The notes under the pieces are model-generated. The model made no database searches. It was given only the letters and a program-made list of their open reading frames with translations, and had not been told where the DNA came from. DNA of 64,000 nt from Agathobacter rectalis (GTDB lineage Bacteria; Bacillota; Clostridia; Oscillospirales; Acutalibacteraceae), in the NCBI GenBank assembly GCA_963638105.1, contig CAVHPP010000009.1:351-64350 (forward strand), read 5' to 3'. Each line of letters begins with the position of its first letter. The stretch's first letter is position 1. This document shows, piece after piece, positions 1-10,570 of the stretch. Both the position numbers and the translations under genes were made by a program.

Positions 1-26
1 TTCCACCAGGTGGATAAGAATACATA

Positions 27-2063
27 ATGCTGCATAAAAAATGGGTGATCCGGCAGGCAGACAAAGAGGCTGCCTCTGCCATTAGCGAACAATTCAATAT
101 CGACCCGTTTTTGGCATTTTTGCTGGTGTCTCGCGGACTGACGGACGACCTGGCGGTGCAGGAATTCCTCCACCCCGGGGAGGCGCTGTGCGCTCCGGAG
201 GGCTTTGCGGATATGGAGGCGGCTGCCGCCAGACTGCAACAGGCGCTGGACAGCGGCGAACGAATATGCGTGTACGGAGATTATGACTGTGACGGTGTGA
301 CCGCCACAGCTTTGCTATACTCTTTTTTAGAAGCCATGGGCGGCAATGTGATCTACTATATCCCGGATCGGGAAACAGAGGGCTACGGCCTGAACAAAGC
401 TGCCCTTGACACCCTGGCCGCCACGGGCACCGGTCTGATTGTCACGGTGGATAACGGTATTTCGTCTGTGGACGAGGCAGAGTATATCTACCGGCTGGGT
501 ATGCAGCTGGTGGTGACCGATCATCACCAGGTAGGCGAACAGTTGCCCCGCGCAGAGGCGGTGGTGAACCCCCACAGAACAGACAATCAGCTGCCCTTTA
601 CGGACTTTTGCGGCGTGGGCGTGGCTTTTAAGCTGGCTTGTTGTTTGTATGACGGTGAGCCGGCGGAGTTGTTGGAGCAGTTTGGCGACTTGGTTGCCAT
701 CGGCACTATGGGCGATCTGGTTCCCTTGGTAGGGGAGAACAGGGCGCTGGTGCAGGCCGGTTTGCGCACCTTGCAAGAGGAACCGCGCCCCGGCTTATAT
801 GCCTTGTTACAGGCTGCCGGTGCCGGGGAAGAACTGAGCGGCACCGATGTGGCCTTTAAGCTGTGCCCCCGCATTAACGCTGCCGGGCGAATGGACAGTG
901 CCCTGCGGGCGCTGGAACTGCTGCTGGCGGAGGATGAAGAAACGGCTGCGGCGCGCGCCCGTCAGCTGTGCGACGATAACGCTTTGCGGCAAGAGCTGGA
1001 ACATAAAATCATAGACGATATTACCGCCAAGCTGGCTGCGGACCCGACACCCTTGCGCCGGCGTGTACTGGTGGTGGCCGGGGAGGATTACCACCCGGGG
1101 GTCATCGGCATTGTGGCGTCCCACCTGGTAGAGCGCTACGGCAAACCTACTGTGGTGCTGGATATGAAGGCAGACGGCACCGCCTGCGGCTCCGCCCGGA
1201 GCATTGAGGGCTTTGACCTGTATCGGGCCGTGGCGGCGTGCAGTGATGTACTCACCCGCTTTGGCGGCCACCCTATGGCTGCGGGTATGGGTTTGGCAGT
1301 GGCAGATATTCCTATTTTTACAACGGCCATCAATGACTACGCTGCCAAGGAATATCCCCGTATGCCGGCTTTGCAGCTGCATTTAGATTGCAAGCTGTCC
1401 CCGGCGTACTTGACCTTAGATTTGGCGGAGAGTTTGCAGCTGCTGGAGCCTTGCGGCACAGACAATCCGGCGGCGCTGTTCGGGCTGTTCCACTTGCAGC
1501 TGGTGTCTGTCAGCCCCCTGGGGACAGAGGGCAAGCATATACGCTTGGAAGTAGAAAAAAAAGGTCGCCGTTTGCGAATTGTGCAGTTTGGCGTGAAGCC
1601 GGAAGACTTCCCCTATGTGCCCGGCGATTTTATCGACTGCGCGGTACAAATTTCTAAAAATCCCTACAAGGGCAAGGTCTATCTTTCTGTGCGGGCGGCA
1701 GATGTGCGCCGCAGCGGCACGGATGACGACCGATATTATAACGAACTTTACGATTACAGAGCCTTTTTGCAAAACGGCACCCACCAATACCCGGTGTACC
1801 CGGATCGGCAGGTGTGCGCTACGGTTTATCGGTTCTTAAAGAGCCGGGGCGGCTGGGATTTTGGCACCGAGGAGCTGTATTTTGCCCTGCAAAAAGGGGC
1901 AACCTACGGACAGGTGCAAGTGGCGCTGAAAGCCCTGCACCAGGCGGGACTGATTCGCCGTGGTAAAAGCCAAATTCGCCTGGCACAGCCTGCGGGCAAG
2001 GTGGATTTGGAAGCCACGCCCATATTGCGAAAACTGAGAGAGGGTGCAAGCCTTGGAGAATAA
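27..2063 (+). CDS. recJ: single-stranded-DNA-specific exonuclease RecJ
   Basis: 678-aa ORF with DHH-family motifs (DYDCDGVT, VTVDNG, VVTDHHQ) and a DHHA1-type GGHPMAAG motif. Confidence 0.9.
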   Translation: MLHKKWVIRQADKEAASAISEQFNIDPFLAFLLVSRGLTDDLAVQEFLHPGEALCAPEGFADMEAAAARLQQALDSGERICVYGDYDCDGVTATALLYSFLEAMGGNVIYYIPDRETEGYGLNKAALDTLAATGTGLIVTVDNGISSVDEAEYIYRLGMQLVVTDHHQVGEQLPRAEAVVNPHRTDNQLPFTDFCGVGVAFKLACCLYDGEPAELLEQFGDLVAIGTMGDLVPLVGENRALVQAGLRTLQEEPRPGLYALLQAAGAGEELSGTDVAFKLCPRINAAGRMDSALRALELLLAEDEETAAARARQLCDDNALRQELEHKIIDDITAKLAADPTPLRRRVLVVAGEDYHPGVIGIVASHLVERYGKPTVVLDMKADGTACGSARSIEGFDLYRAVAACSDVLTRFGGHPMAAGMGLAVADIPIFTTAINDYAAKEYPRMPALQLHLDCKLSPAYLTLDLAESLQLLEPCGTDNPAALFGLFHLQLVSVSPLGTEGKHIRLEVEKKGRRLRIVQFGVKPEDFPYVPGDFIDCAVQISKNPYKGKVYLSVRAADVRRSGTDDDRYYNELYDYRAFLQNGTHQYPVYPDRQVCATVYRFLKSRGGWDFGTEELYFALQKGATYGQVQVALKALHQAGLIRRGKSQIRLAQPAGKVDLEATPILRKLREGASLGE

Positions 2064-4311
2064 AAAACCAATACCCCCGGTGCCGGCAGCGGCAGAGTTG
2101 CCCCCGGAACAGACGGCGGACCATAAGCCTTATGACGATGGGTTTGCGCCGTTCTTTGCGGAAATTCAAAAGAAACCCCAGTATGACAGCGCCCGGATCG
2201 AAAAGGCCTATTCCTTGGCCCGCTCTGCCCACGAAGGGCAGTTTCGCCGTTCCGGGGAGCCGTATATTATGCACCCGGTGGCGGTGGCGAAAATCCTGTT
2301 TGAACTGGGTATGGACAATGAGTGCATTATCGGCGCGCTGCTCCACGATGTGGTGGAGGACACGCCCTATGACATTGACTATATCTCCCGCGAGTTTGGC
2401 CCGGAGGTGGCGCTGTTGGTGGACGGCGTAACCAAGCTGGGTCAGATCCCTCTGTCTACCCGGGAGGAAGTACAGGCGGAGAACATTCGCAAAATGTTTA
2501 TGGCCATGAACCGGGATGTGCGGGTGATTATCATTAAGCTGGCGGACCGGCTGCATAATATGCGCACCGCCAAGTTTTGGCCCCCGTATAAGCAGCGGGA
2601 GAAGAGCCTGGAAACCCTGGAGATTTATGCTCCCATTGCCCATCGGCTGGGTATTCGTGCCATTAAAGAGGAATTAGAGGATCTGGCAATTTTTTATCTG
2701 GATCCCATTGCTTATAAGGAAATTGAGCAGAACCTGCGCTTAAAGCAGGTGGAAGGCGAGCGCTTCTTAGCGGATATTAAGGCGCAAATCCGCGCCAAGT
2801 TAGAGCCGATCATGAAGAATGTCCAGATCACTTCTCGGGTGAAGTCCGTCCACGGAATCTTCCGCAAGGTGTATATTAAGGGCAAGGATTTTGAACAAAT
2901 CTTTGACATTTACGCCGTGCGCATTATCGTGGACTCTATGATTGACTGCTACAATGCCTTGGGTATTGTGCACGATATGTTTACCCCTCTGCCCGGTCGG
3001 TTTAAGGACTACATCTCTACCCCCAAACCCAATATGTACCAGTCCCTGCACACCACAGTGCTGGGCCCCGGCGGCATTCCCTTTGAAATTCAGATTCGCA
3101 CCTGGGATATGCACCGCACGGCAGAGTACGGTATCGCTGCCCACTGGAAGTATAAGCTGGGCAAAGGCGGCAAGGACTCCATTGACAATCGGTTGGAGTG
3201 GATCCATAAAATGCTGGAGACCGGTGAGGCATCCACCAACGCTGAGGATCTGGTGCGCAACATTAAGGGCGACCTGTCCTCGGATGAGATCTTTGTGTTT
3301 ACCCCCAATGGGGACATTAAGAATTTGCCCAGCGGCGCCACGGTGATCGACTTTGCCTATGCTATTCACTCGGCGGTGGGCAACCGTATGACCGGCGCCA
3401 AGGTCAACGGCAAAATTGTGCCCTTAACCTATAAGCTGAAAACCGGCGAGATTTGCGAGGTGCTTACCAGCAATCAGCCGGGCAAAGGCCCGTCCAGAGA
3501 CTGGTTGAAAGTGGTGACCACCGGCGAAGCCCGGTCCAAAATTCGCTCCTGGTTCAAGAAAGAGCGGCGGGACGAGAATATCGTCCAGGGCAAGGCTGAG
3601 GTGGATCGAGAGCTGCGGCGGAACTTTATCCGCCTGGACGGCGAGCAGTACGACGCCTTTTTGCAGCGGATCGCCGAGCGCCAGCACTGCGCTTCCGTGG
3701 AGGATTTTTACGCCACCGTGGGCTATGGCGGGCTGGTCATCAGCCGTATGATGCCCGGTATCAAGGACGAATATAATCGCAACTGGCGCCAGGCAGAGGA
3801 GCCTACCCAACAGGCAAAAGCGCCGGAGCGCCCCCGCAAATCCGGTGGCAGCAGCGGCGGCGTAATCGTGGAGGGCATTGACAACTGCCTGATCAATATG
3901 GCCCGTTGCTGTACGCCGGTACCCGGTGAGGAGATTGTCGGCTTTATCACCCGGGGCCACGGGCTGACCATTCATCGGCGGGACTGTGTGAATGTGCCCC
4001 GTGACTTGGCAGAGTGCCCGGAGCCGGAGCGCTGGGTCAAGGCCCGGTGGGACGAATCCGTGCAGGTGGAGACTATGTCCACCCTGGAGGTCTATGCCAT
4101 TGACCGGGACGGCTTGGTGCTGGATATTGCCAACGCCATGTCCAAGGCTCATGTGAAGATCCAGTCTATTAACGCCAGACCCATTAACGAAGGCAACTGC
4201 CTGACCACCCTGACCTTGTCGGTAAACAGCCGGGAGCACCTGGAAAATGTGGTCAAGATTTTGAAGAAGATACCCAGTGTGTATCATATTGAGCGAGGTG
4301 CAGGACGATGA
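2044..4311 (+). CDS. relA: bifunctional (p)ppGpp synthetase/hydrolase (RelA/SpoT family)
   Basis: HD hydrolase motif (LLHDVVEDT), synthetase region (YAVRIIV, MYQSLHTTV, FEIQIRT), TGS region and C-terminal ACT-like region. GTG start overlaps the recJ 3' end, so the exact start is uncertain. Confidence 0.92.
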   Translation: MQALENKKPIPPVPAAAELPPEQTADHKPYDDGFAPFFAEIQKKPQYDSARIEKAYSLARSAHEGQFRRSGEPYIMHPVAVAKILFELGMDNECIIGALLHDVVEDTPYDIDYISREFGPEVALLVDGVTKLGQIPLSTREEVQAENIRKMFMAMNRDVRVIIIKLADRLHNMRTAKFWPPYKQREKSLETLEIYAPIAHRLGIRAIKEELEDLAIFYLDPIAYKEIEQNLRLKQVEGERFLADIKAQIRAKLEPIMKNVQITSRVKSVHGIFRKVYIKGKDFEQIFDIYAVRIIVDSMIDCYNALGIVHDMFTPLPGRFKDYISTPKPNMYQSLHTTVLGPGGIPFEIQIRTWDMHRTAEYGIAAHWKYKLGKGGKDSIDNRLEWIHKMLETGEASTNAEDLVRNIKGDLSSDEIFVFTPNGDIKNLPSGATVIDFAYAIHSAVGNRMTGAKVNGKIVPLTYKLKTGEICEVLTSNQPGKGPSRDWLKVVTTGEARSKIRSWFKKERRDENIVQGKAEVDRELRRNFIRLDGEQYDAFLQRIAERQHCASVEDFYATVGYGGLVISRMMPGIKDEYNRNWRQAEEPTQQAKAPERPRKSGGSSGGVIVEGIDNCLINMARCCTPVPGEEIVGFITRGHGLTIHRRDCVNVPRDLAECPEPERWVKARWDESVQVETMSTLEVYAIDRDGLVLDIANAMSKAHVKIQSINARPINEGNCLTTLTLSVNSREHLENVVKILKKIPSVYHIERGAGR

Positions 4312-4760
4312 TTACCGTATTACAGCGTGTGCAGCGCGCCAAAGTGGAAATAGACGGCAAGACCGTGGGTGCCACCGAACAAGGACTGTTGATTCTCCTG
4401 GGCGTGGCCGAAGGCGATACGCGAGCAGAGGCAGACAAGCTGGTAAAAAAAATTGCCAACTTGCGGATCTTTGAAGATGAAAACGGCAAGATGAACCTGT
4501 CGCTCTTAGACATTGATGGCGGGGCGCTGGTGGTGAGCCAGTTTACCCTGTGTGCGGACTGCTCCCACGGGCGGCGCCCCAGCTTTATCCGTTCCGCCCC
4601 GCCGGCACAGGCCAACGAACTGTATGAATATTTTACCCGGGCACTGGGGGAGCAGGGCGTGTCCCATATTGAAACCGGTGTGTTTGGCGCCGATATGGCA
4701 GTGACACTCCTAAACGACGGCCCGGTGACCATTATACTTGACACAAAGGACTTGAAGTAA
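4308..4760 (+). CDS. dtd: D-aminoacyl-tRNA deacylase
   Basis: 150 aa with a typical Dtd N-terminus (MITVLQRV..A.V) and the SQFTL motif. ATGA overlap with relA. Confidence 0.92.
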   Translation: MITVLQRVQRAKVEIDGKTVGATEQGLLILLGVAEGDTRAEADKLVKKIANLRIFEDENGKMNLSLLDIDGGALVVSQFTLCADCSHGRRPSFIRSAPPAQANELYEYFTRALGEQGVSHIETGVFGADMAVTLLNDGPVTIILDTKDLK

Positions 4761-5377
4761 TGCAGATCAAATCAGCCACCTTTGGCCAGTTGCAGAACAA
4801 CTGCTACCTGGTCACGGACGAAGCCGGCGGCCGCAGTGCCCTGGTGGATTGCACGGAATACAGCGACAAGATGAAAGATTTTATCGGCGACGCCAAGCTG
4901 GATTATATTCTGCTGACCCACGGCCATTTTGACCATATCGGCGGCGTAGCGGCGGTAAAGGCTGCCACCGGCGCCAAGGTGGTTATCAGCGCCGAGGATG
5001 CCCCGATGCTCACTTCCTCTCGCAAGTCGCTGGCGGCGTTTTCGTTTCTCTCTCAAGAGCCGGCGCAGGCGGATATTTTGGTGCAGGACGGCGATACCGT
5101 CACCCTTGGTGGCACGGTCTTTACCGTGCTGGCCACGCCCGGTCACACCCCCGGCGGTGTTTGCTACATTGCAGAGGACTGCATTTTTAGCGGCGACACG
5201 CTGTTTTTCTGCTCTTGCGGGCGCACGGATTTTCCCGGCGGCAGCAGCAAAGAAATTATGGAGAGCCTGCAAAAACTGGCGACCCTGCCCGGGGACTATA
5301 CCGTCTATCCCGGCCACGATCGCTTTTCCACCCTGAATTTTGAACGGCAACATAACCCGTATATGAAGAAATTATGA
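4760..5377 (+). CDS. MBL-fold metallo-hydrolase (glyoxalase II-like)
   Basis: HxHxDH motif (LLTHGHFDHIGG), later TPGHTPG. TAATG overlap with dtd. Confidence 0.85.
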   Translation: MQIKSATFGQLQNNCYLVTDEAGGRSALVDCTEYSDKMKDFIGDAKLDYILLTHGHFDHIGGVAAVKAATGAKVVISAEDAPMLTSSRKSLAAFSFLSQEPAQADILVQDGDTVTLGGTVFTVLATPGHTPGGVCYIAEDCIFSGDTLFFCSCGRTDFPGGSSKEIMESLQKLATLPGDYTVYPGHDRFSTLNFERQHNPYMKKL

Positions 5378-6813
5378 TTTTACGCGTCATTAACCACCCT
5401 TATGAATTTGATATGAAGAACCTGTGCATCACCTTCTTCCCCCATGAGAAGATCCGTTTGGAGGGGGAGGAGGACCCGGTGGTGGTTACCACCCGTCGGG
5501 AGACGGACGGGTCCTTTTTTGTGTCTGCCAAGGTATACGATGTGTACCGGGAGACAACAGCCAAGCCGGAACCGGCAGACGAGGAGCACCTGGTGCTGTC
5601 CGTTACCCTTTATCGGCTGCTTAGCGGTATATTAGGTTTTGCACCCCCTTGGGGCGTGCTGTACGGCGTGCGCCCGGCTAAATTGATGCACCGGCTGTGC
5701 GCCCAAATGGGGGACGATGCGGCGGTTGCACACTTCCAGACTGCCTTTTTGGCCCAAAAAAGCAAGGCGGAGTTGGCCCATGAAGTGATGCTCCATGAGA
5801 ACCGTTCCATTGCTCGCTCCGGGCCAAAGTCGTTCTCTCTCTATGTGTCTATTCCGTTTTGCCCCACCCGGTGCGCTTACTGCTCCTTTGTGTCTCATTC
5901 GATTGAAAAGACCCACAAGCTGATGACCCCTTATGTGGATCTGTTGCTGCGGGAGCTGGAGGAGACAGCCAAGTACGCCAAAGAATTGGGGTTGGAGCTG
6001 GCCACCGTGTATTTCGGCGGCGGCACGCCCACCACATTATCGGCGCAGGATTTAGGGCGCATTTTCAGCACCATTGAACAGAATTTTGACCTTTCGCACC
6101 TGATGGAGTATACGGTGGAGGCCGGTCGACCGGACACGGTCACCCGGGAGCGGCTGGAGGTCATTCAAGCCGCCGGGGTGCAGCGGATCAGCATTAACCC
6201 CCAGAGCTTTAACGACAAGGTACTGGAGGCCATTGGTCGCCGCCATACGGCGCAGCAAACGCTGGACGCCTTTGCGCTGGCGCGGGATTGCGGCTTTGAC
6301 CATATCAATATGGACTTTATCGCCGGGCTGCCGGAGGACGATCTGCCGTCTTTTCAGCGCAGTATTCAAACGGCGCTGGACTTGCAGGCAGAGTCTATTA
6401 CCGTGCACACCTTGGCTCTGAAAACCTCTGCCTATATGGTTACAAGAGAACAGACCTTTGATTTGAAAGATCGGCTCACCGTATCCAATATGGTGGACTA
6501 TGCCGGGCAGACTCTCCACGGCGCCGGATACTATCCCTACTATATGTACCGGCAGAGCAAATCTCTGGGCAATTTGGAGAATGTAGGCTGGTGCAAGCCG
6601 GGTTATGATTGTCTTTATAATGTGTATATGATGGACGAGACCCACACGGTGCTGGCAGTGGGTGCCGGCGCGGTGACCAAGCTGCGGGGCCAAAACAGCG
6701 GTATGATCGAGCGGATCTATAATTATAAATACCCCTATGAGTACATTCGGGATTTTGATACCCTGTTGGAGCGTAAAAAGCGCATACCCGGCTTTTATGC
6801 GGAATATGATTAA
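5374..6813 (+). CDS. hemZ: HemN-family radical SAM protein (HemZ-like coproporphyrinogen dehydrogenase homologue)
   Basis: CxxxCxxC radical SAM motif (CPTRCAYCSF), GGGTPT motif, long N-terminal extension as in HemZ. Confidence 0.8.
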   Translation: MILRVINHPYEFDMKNLCITFFPHEKIRLEGEEDPVVVTTRRETDGSFFVSAKVYDVYRETTAKPEPADEEHLVLSVTLYRLLSGILGFAPPWGVLYGVRPAKLMHRLCAQMGDDAAVAHFQTAFLAQKSKAELAHEVMLHENRSIARSGPKSFSLYVSIPFCPTRCAYCSFVSHSIEKTHKLMTPYVDLLLRELEETAKYAKELGLELATVYFGGGTPTTLSAQDLGRIFSTIEQNFDLSHLMEYTVEAGRPDTVTRERLEVIQAAGVQRISINPQSFNDKVLEAIGRRHTAQQTLDAFALARDCGFDHINMDFIAGLPEDDLPSFQRSIQTALDLQAESITVHTLALKTSAYMVTREQTFDLKDRLTVSNMVDYAGQTLHGAGYYPYYMYRQSKSLGNLENVGWCKPGYDCLYNVYMMDETHTVLAVGAGAVTKLRGQNSGMIERIYNYKYPYEYIRDFDTLLERKKRIPGFYAEYD

Positions 6814-6882
6814 ACAGACGGTTGAAATAGACATTTTTGGCGGATTGTATAGCGTAATTCTACAAAAACTTTGCAAATTGTA

Positions 6883-6911
6883 TTGCAATTCTTTACCCTC
6901 TGTAATATAAT
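6883..6911 (+). promoter_or_regulatory. sigma-A type promoter (TTGCAA-17 nt-TATAAT)
   Basis: Near-consensus hexamers with a 17-nt spacer, about 20 nt upstream of the ATG at 6931. Confidence 0.6.
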
Positions 6912-6930
6912 GACAGTACGGAGGGATATT

Positions 6931-7323
6931 ATGGCTAAGAAATTCGGTGATCTTTTTGGCAATATGGACGATGTGTTCTCCGGTGCCAAAATTTCTAATT
7001 TTGATTTAGACGATGTGCTGAGTCGTACCCGTACCTTTACGGAGGAAGTCAGCAAAAAAAGTGCGGAGGCTTTGGAGCTGTCCCGCAAAAAAGTGGAGTG
7101 TCTGGATATAAAGGCCAAGTTGAGCAAGGCGTATGAGAAGTACGGCCGACTGGCGTATGACGCGGTGCAGCAACCTCAGTTGCAGCAGGCGGAGGCGCTG
7201 GAAAGCTGCGGGGCGGAGATCACCGCTTTGCGCGCCAAGCTGGATCAGCTGACGGCGGAGCTTGAGGCCGCCAAGAATCCGACGGTCACCACTGTTCGTG
7301 ATGACGATGTGAGCGTATCCTGA
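6931..7323 (+). CDS. hypothetical coiled-coil protein (130 aa)
   Basis: ATG at 6931 preceded by GGAGGG. Heptad-like, Ala/Leu/Gln/Glu-rich sequence. I prefer this start over the upstream start at 6871, which has no RBS. Confidence 0.55.
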   Translation: MAKKFGDLFGNMDDVFSGAKISNFDLDDVLSRTRTFTEEVSKKSAEALELSRKKVECLDIKAKLSKAYEKYGRLAYDAVQQPQLQQAEALESCGAEITALRAKLDQLTAELEAAKNPTVTTVRDDDVSVS

Positions 7324-7348
7324 CCCCACGCAAATAGAGGAAGAAGAA

Positions 7349-7390
7349 AGCAGTGTATGGACCCTATGGTCTGTGCGCTGCTCTTTTTTT
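7349..7390 (+). terminator. rho-independent terminator
   Basis: 15-bp stem containing several G-U pairs (7349-7363 / 7368-7382) followed by a T7 run. Confidence 0.6.
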
Positions 7391-7406
7391 CACACCGGGT
7401 GATGGA

Positions 7407-9080
7407 ATGGAACTGACAACCAAACAAAAGTACCTGTCCGCTGCGGGCTTGCTGTTGATAGCCACGGCTGCCGTTAAGGTGATCGGTGCGGTGTATAAAA
7501 TCCCGCTGACCGGTCTGATCGGCGCCACCGGGCGGGGCTATTTCTCTACGGCTTATACGCTGTTTATGCCTGTTCATGCCATCACATTGGGCGCCTTTCC
7601 CATTGCTTTGTCCGGACTGGTCAGTAAGTACCGTGCTACCGGTGACAGTGCACGGGTGGCGGCCTTGCAGCGCAGTGCCCGCGGGTTGTTCTTTTGGATC
7701 GGTCTTGCCGGCTTGGCGGTAATGGTGCTGCTGGCCGGACCGTATACCCGGCTGGTGGCCGGTGCGCCAAAGGCGGTTTATACGGTGCTGATCCTGGCGC
7801 CTACGGCGCTTTTTTCCGCTATGGCGGCTGCCCGCCGTGCTTTTGCGGAGGGGCACCTGAATATGGTGCCGACTTCTGTTTGCCAGGTGTTGGAAGCACT
7901 GTTCAAGATGGTGTTCGGTCTGCTGTTTGCCAAGCTGTCTATGGGGCGGCTGTACCAAATTTACTTAGATACCGGCATGGTACTGGGCAATCGGGCAGAG
8001 AGTGAAACGGCGGCGCTGTCTATGATGTACCCGGTAACGGCGGCCTGCGCCATGCTGGGGGTGACCCTGGGGGCGTTGGCGGCTTGGGTGTATGCGGCGC
8101 TGTACGATCGGTTCCGTTATCCTTGCCGTCTGCCGCGGCAGCAGCTGCCCGGTGGCGCGACCCGAGAGCTGGTACGGTTTTCCCTGCCGCTGGTGGGGGC
8201 AACGGTGATCCAGAGCCTGTCCGGGTTTGCAGATACTGCCAGTGTGCAGATGTGTCTGGGGCTGTGCGGTACAGAGCAGTTGCAGCAGATCTTTGCAGTG
8301 CCGCTGTCGCTGACCAAGGTAGCGGAAAAGGATGTGGTCACTTATGTGTACGGCCTGTATTCTACCGTGCAGGATTTTGCCCACCTGGTGCCGTCCCTGA
8401 CCATGGCGTTGGGCGTGGCGGCGGTGCCGGCGCTGTCCGGGGCTTATCAGGACCAGTCCGCCCGTTTTGGCAGCCTGTATGCGGGTATCTTAAAATATAC
8501 GGTGATCTTGGGCGCCGCCGGCAGTGGGGGACTGGCGCTGTTCTCTTATGAGGTGCTGTCTTTGTTTTACGGCACTTCGTCACCGGACCTGGTACTGGGG
8601 TGCCACCAACTGCTGTTTTGGTTTGCCTTTACTGCGCTGCCGGCCGCTTTATCCTCTACCTGCGTGTTCGCTTTGCAGGCGCTGGGCTATGCCAAACGGC
8701 TGCTGCTGCCCTTTGCTCTGACGGCGGTGCTGCGGGTGGGGCTGAACTTCCTTTTGATCCCCAATGGGCGGTTCCATCTTTACGGCTCGGCTGTCGCCAC
8801 TGCCGTTTCATTTTTGTTTCTTTCTGTCTATTGTTTGGTGCTGATGCGTAGGATCACTAAGGTCAAATTCTCCCGGACAGAGGTGTTCGCAAAGCCGGTG
8901 TTGGCGGTAATTTTTTCTTGTCTGACGGTGAAAGGTGTGGCCGGTGCGTTCTTTACCCAGCTGCAAAATACCTGGAATTTTGTCTTATCTGCGGTTTTAT
9001 TTTCGGCAGTTCTAACAATTTTGTTGCTGTTCTTTGGTACACTTTCCACAAAAGATCTGCATTTTGCCGGAGAAAGGTAA
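7407..9080 (+). CDS. MOP-superfamily polysaccharide/lipid II flippase (YabM/SpoVB/MurJ-like)
   Basis: About 14 predicted TM segments. It sits where yabM lies in the Bacillus yabM-mazG(yabN)-yabO-yabP-yabQ-divIC block. Start chosen at MELTTKQKY. Confidence 0.75.
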   Translation: MELTTKQKYLSAAGLLLIATAAVKVIGAVYKIPLTGLIGATGRGYFSTAYTLFMPVHAITLGAFPIALSGLVSKYRATGDSARVAALQRSARGLFFWIGLAGLAVMVLLAGPYTRLVAGAPKAVYTVLILAPTALFSAMAAARRAFAEGHLNMVPTSVCQVLEALFKMVFGLLFAKLSMGRLYQIYLDTGMVLGNRAESETAALSMMYPVTAACAMLGVTLGALAAWVYAALYDRFRYPCRLPRQQLPGGATRELVRFSLPLVGATVIQSLSGFADTASVQMCLGLCGTEQLQQIFAVPLSLTKVAEKDVVTYVYGLYSTVQDFAHLVPSLTMALGVAAVPALSGAYQDQSARFGSLYAGILKYTVILGAAGSGGLALFSYEVLSLFYGTSSPDLVLGCHQLLFWFAFTALPAALSSTCVFALQALGYAKRLLLPFALTAVLRVGLNFLLIPNGRFHLYGSAVATAVSFLFLSVYCLVLMRRITKVKFSRTEVFAKPVLAVIFSCLTVKGVAGAFFTQLQNTWNFVLSAVLFSAVLTILLLFFGTLSTKDLHFAGER

Positions 9081-9161
9081 AAAAAACCGCTTGGCTACTT
9101 GAAATTTCGCGTTATATCATATATAATTTCTTGGAACGAGTTGATCAAAAGAGGCGTCGGT

Positions 9162-9989
9162 ATGGCATTGGATTTTATACGCAAAGAGCACTATAATACG
9201 GAGGATTTAATTCGCATTGTGGCGCTGCTCCGTGCCCCCGGCGGCTGTCCCTGGGATCAGGCGCAGACTCATGCTTCTATCAAGAAGAATTTTATTGAGG
9301 AGACCTATGAGGTCATTGAGGCTATCAACCGGCAGAGCACTGCGGGATTGCAGGAGGAGCTGGGCGATGTGTTGCTTCAGGTTGCGCTTCATGCCCAAAT
9401 GGAGGCAGAAGCAGGTCGCTTTGATTTTAACGATGTAGCGGACGGAATTTGCAAAAAGCTGATTTTCCGTCACCCCCATGTGTTTGGCGATGTAAAGGCC
9501 GAGAATACGGACGACGCGCTTGCCAGCTGGGACGCTGCCAAGTTAAAAGAAAAAGGAATGAAAAAAGTCAGCCAGTCCATGGTGAGTATTCCCCGGGAAT
9601 TGCCGGCACTGATGCGCGCCCAAAAAGTGCAGCATAAGGCTGCGAAGCAAGGGTTTGACTGGCCGGATCGCTCCGGCGCAATGGACAAGCTGAATGAAGA
9701 GATTAACGAGCTCAAAATCGCTTTGGACCAAGGAGAGCCTAGCAGCATTGCGGACGAATTCGGCGATGTGCTGTTCTCCTGCGTAAATATTGCCCGCTTT
9801 ATCGGCGTAGACAGTGAAGAGGCCTTGACCGCAGCCACGGACAAGTTCCTTTCCCGCTATGTGTTGGTAGAGCAGCTGGCAGCGGAGCGCGGCATGGAGA
9901 TGAAATCGTCTACCTTGCAGGCGCTGGACGCCCTTTGGGACGAAGCAAAACAAATATTATCCGATCAATCGGAAATGGAGGAAATGTAA
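9162..9989 (+). CDS. mazG: nucleoside triphosphate pyrophosphohydrolase MazG
   Basis: Tandem MazG domains (CPWDQAQTH, EETYEVIEAI, EELGDVLLQV; second copy DEFGDVLFSCV). RBS AAAGAGG lies before the ATG at 9162. Confidence 0.88.
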   Translation: MALDFIRKEHYNTEDLIRIVALLRAPGGCPWDQAQTHASIKKNFIEETYEVIEAINRQSTAGLQEELGDVLLQVALHAQMEAEAGRFDFNDVADGICKKLIFRHPHVFGDVKAENTDDALASWDAAKLKEKGMKKVSQSMVSIPRELPALMRAQKVQHKAAKQGFDWPDRSGAMDKLNEEINELKIALDQGEPSSIADEFGDVLFSCVNIARFIGVDSEEALTAATDKFLSRYVLVEQLAAERGMEMKSSTLQALDALWDEAKQILSDQSEMEEM

Positions 9990-10262
9990 ATGAACAAAAC
10001 TGAACTGGCAGCTGCCGTAGCTGCAAAGACCGAACTTTCCAAGAAAGACGCTGAAGCCGCAGTAAACGCTGCTTTGGCTTCCATCACCGACGCACTGGCT
10101 GAGGGCGACAAGGTTGCTCTGGTTGGCTTTGGTACTTTTGATGTGAAGACCCGTGCTGCCCGCACCGGCCTGAACCCCCGCACCAAGGAGACCATCCAGA
10201 TCCCCGAGGCAAAGGTTCCGTCCTTCAAGGCCGGCTCCGCCCTTAAGGACGCTGTGAAATAA
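9990..10262 (+). CDS. hup: DNA-binding protein HU
   Basis: 90 aa, [11 protein letters not shown]...GFGTF..R.AR.GRNP.T typical of HU/IHF. Confidence 0.95.
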   Translation: MNKTELAAAVAAKTELSKKDAEAAVNAALASITDALAEGDKVALVGFGTFDVKTRAARTGLNPRTKETIQIPEAKVPSFKAGSALKDAVK

Positions 10263-10278
10263 GTCTTGTTTTTATGTG

Positions 10279-10313
10279 CAGGCATCCGTATCTTGCGGGT
10301 GCCTGTCTTTTTT
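10279..10313 (+). terminator. rho-independent terminator after hup
   Basis: 10-bp stem CAGGCATCCG/CGGGTGCCTG followed by TCTTTTTT. Confidence 0.7.
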
Positions 10314-10323
10314 GGAGGTCAGT

Positions 10324-10566
10324 ATGCGACTGGATAAGTACCTGAAAGTCAGTCGAATCATCAAGCGCCGCACGGTGGCCAACGAGGCCTGCGACGCCGG
10401 GCGCGTCAGCGTGAACGGCAAGGTGCAGCGCGCGTCCTACGATGTAAAGGTGGGGGACAAGATTGAGGTGGCTCTGGGCCAAAATCGCCATACCTACTTG
10501 GTCAAGGCTGTGCAGGAGCACGCGCTGAAAGAGGACGCCGCTCTTATGTATGAACCCCTGGACTGA
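10324..10566 (+). CDS. yabO: S4-domain RNA-binding protein (YabO-like)
   Basis: MRLDKYLKVSRIIKRR S4 signature. GGAGG RBS. Synteny with yabP/yabQ. Confidence 0.85.
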   Translation: MRLDKYLKVSRIIKRRTVANEACDAGRVSVNGKVQRASYDVKVGDKIEVALGQNRHTYLVKAVQEHALKEDAALMYEPLD

Positions 10567-10570
10567 CATA

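Noticed and set aside
9099-9161. Upstream start giving a 296-aa MazG with an extra N-terminal segment (MKFRVISYIISWNELIKRGVG).
   Set aside because: There is no RBS at 9099, and the extension is AT-rich intergenic-looking sequence. ATG 9162 has a good RBS and matches the usual MazG N-terminus. There is no tetrapyrrole-methylase domain as in Bacillus YabN.
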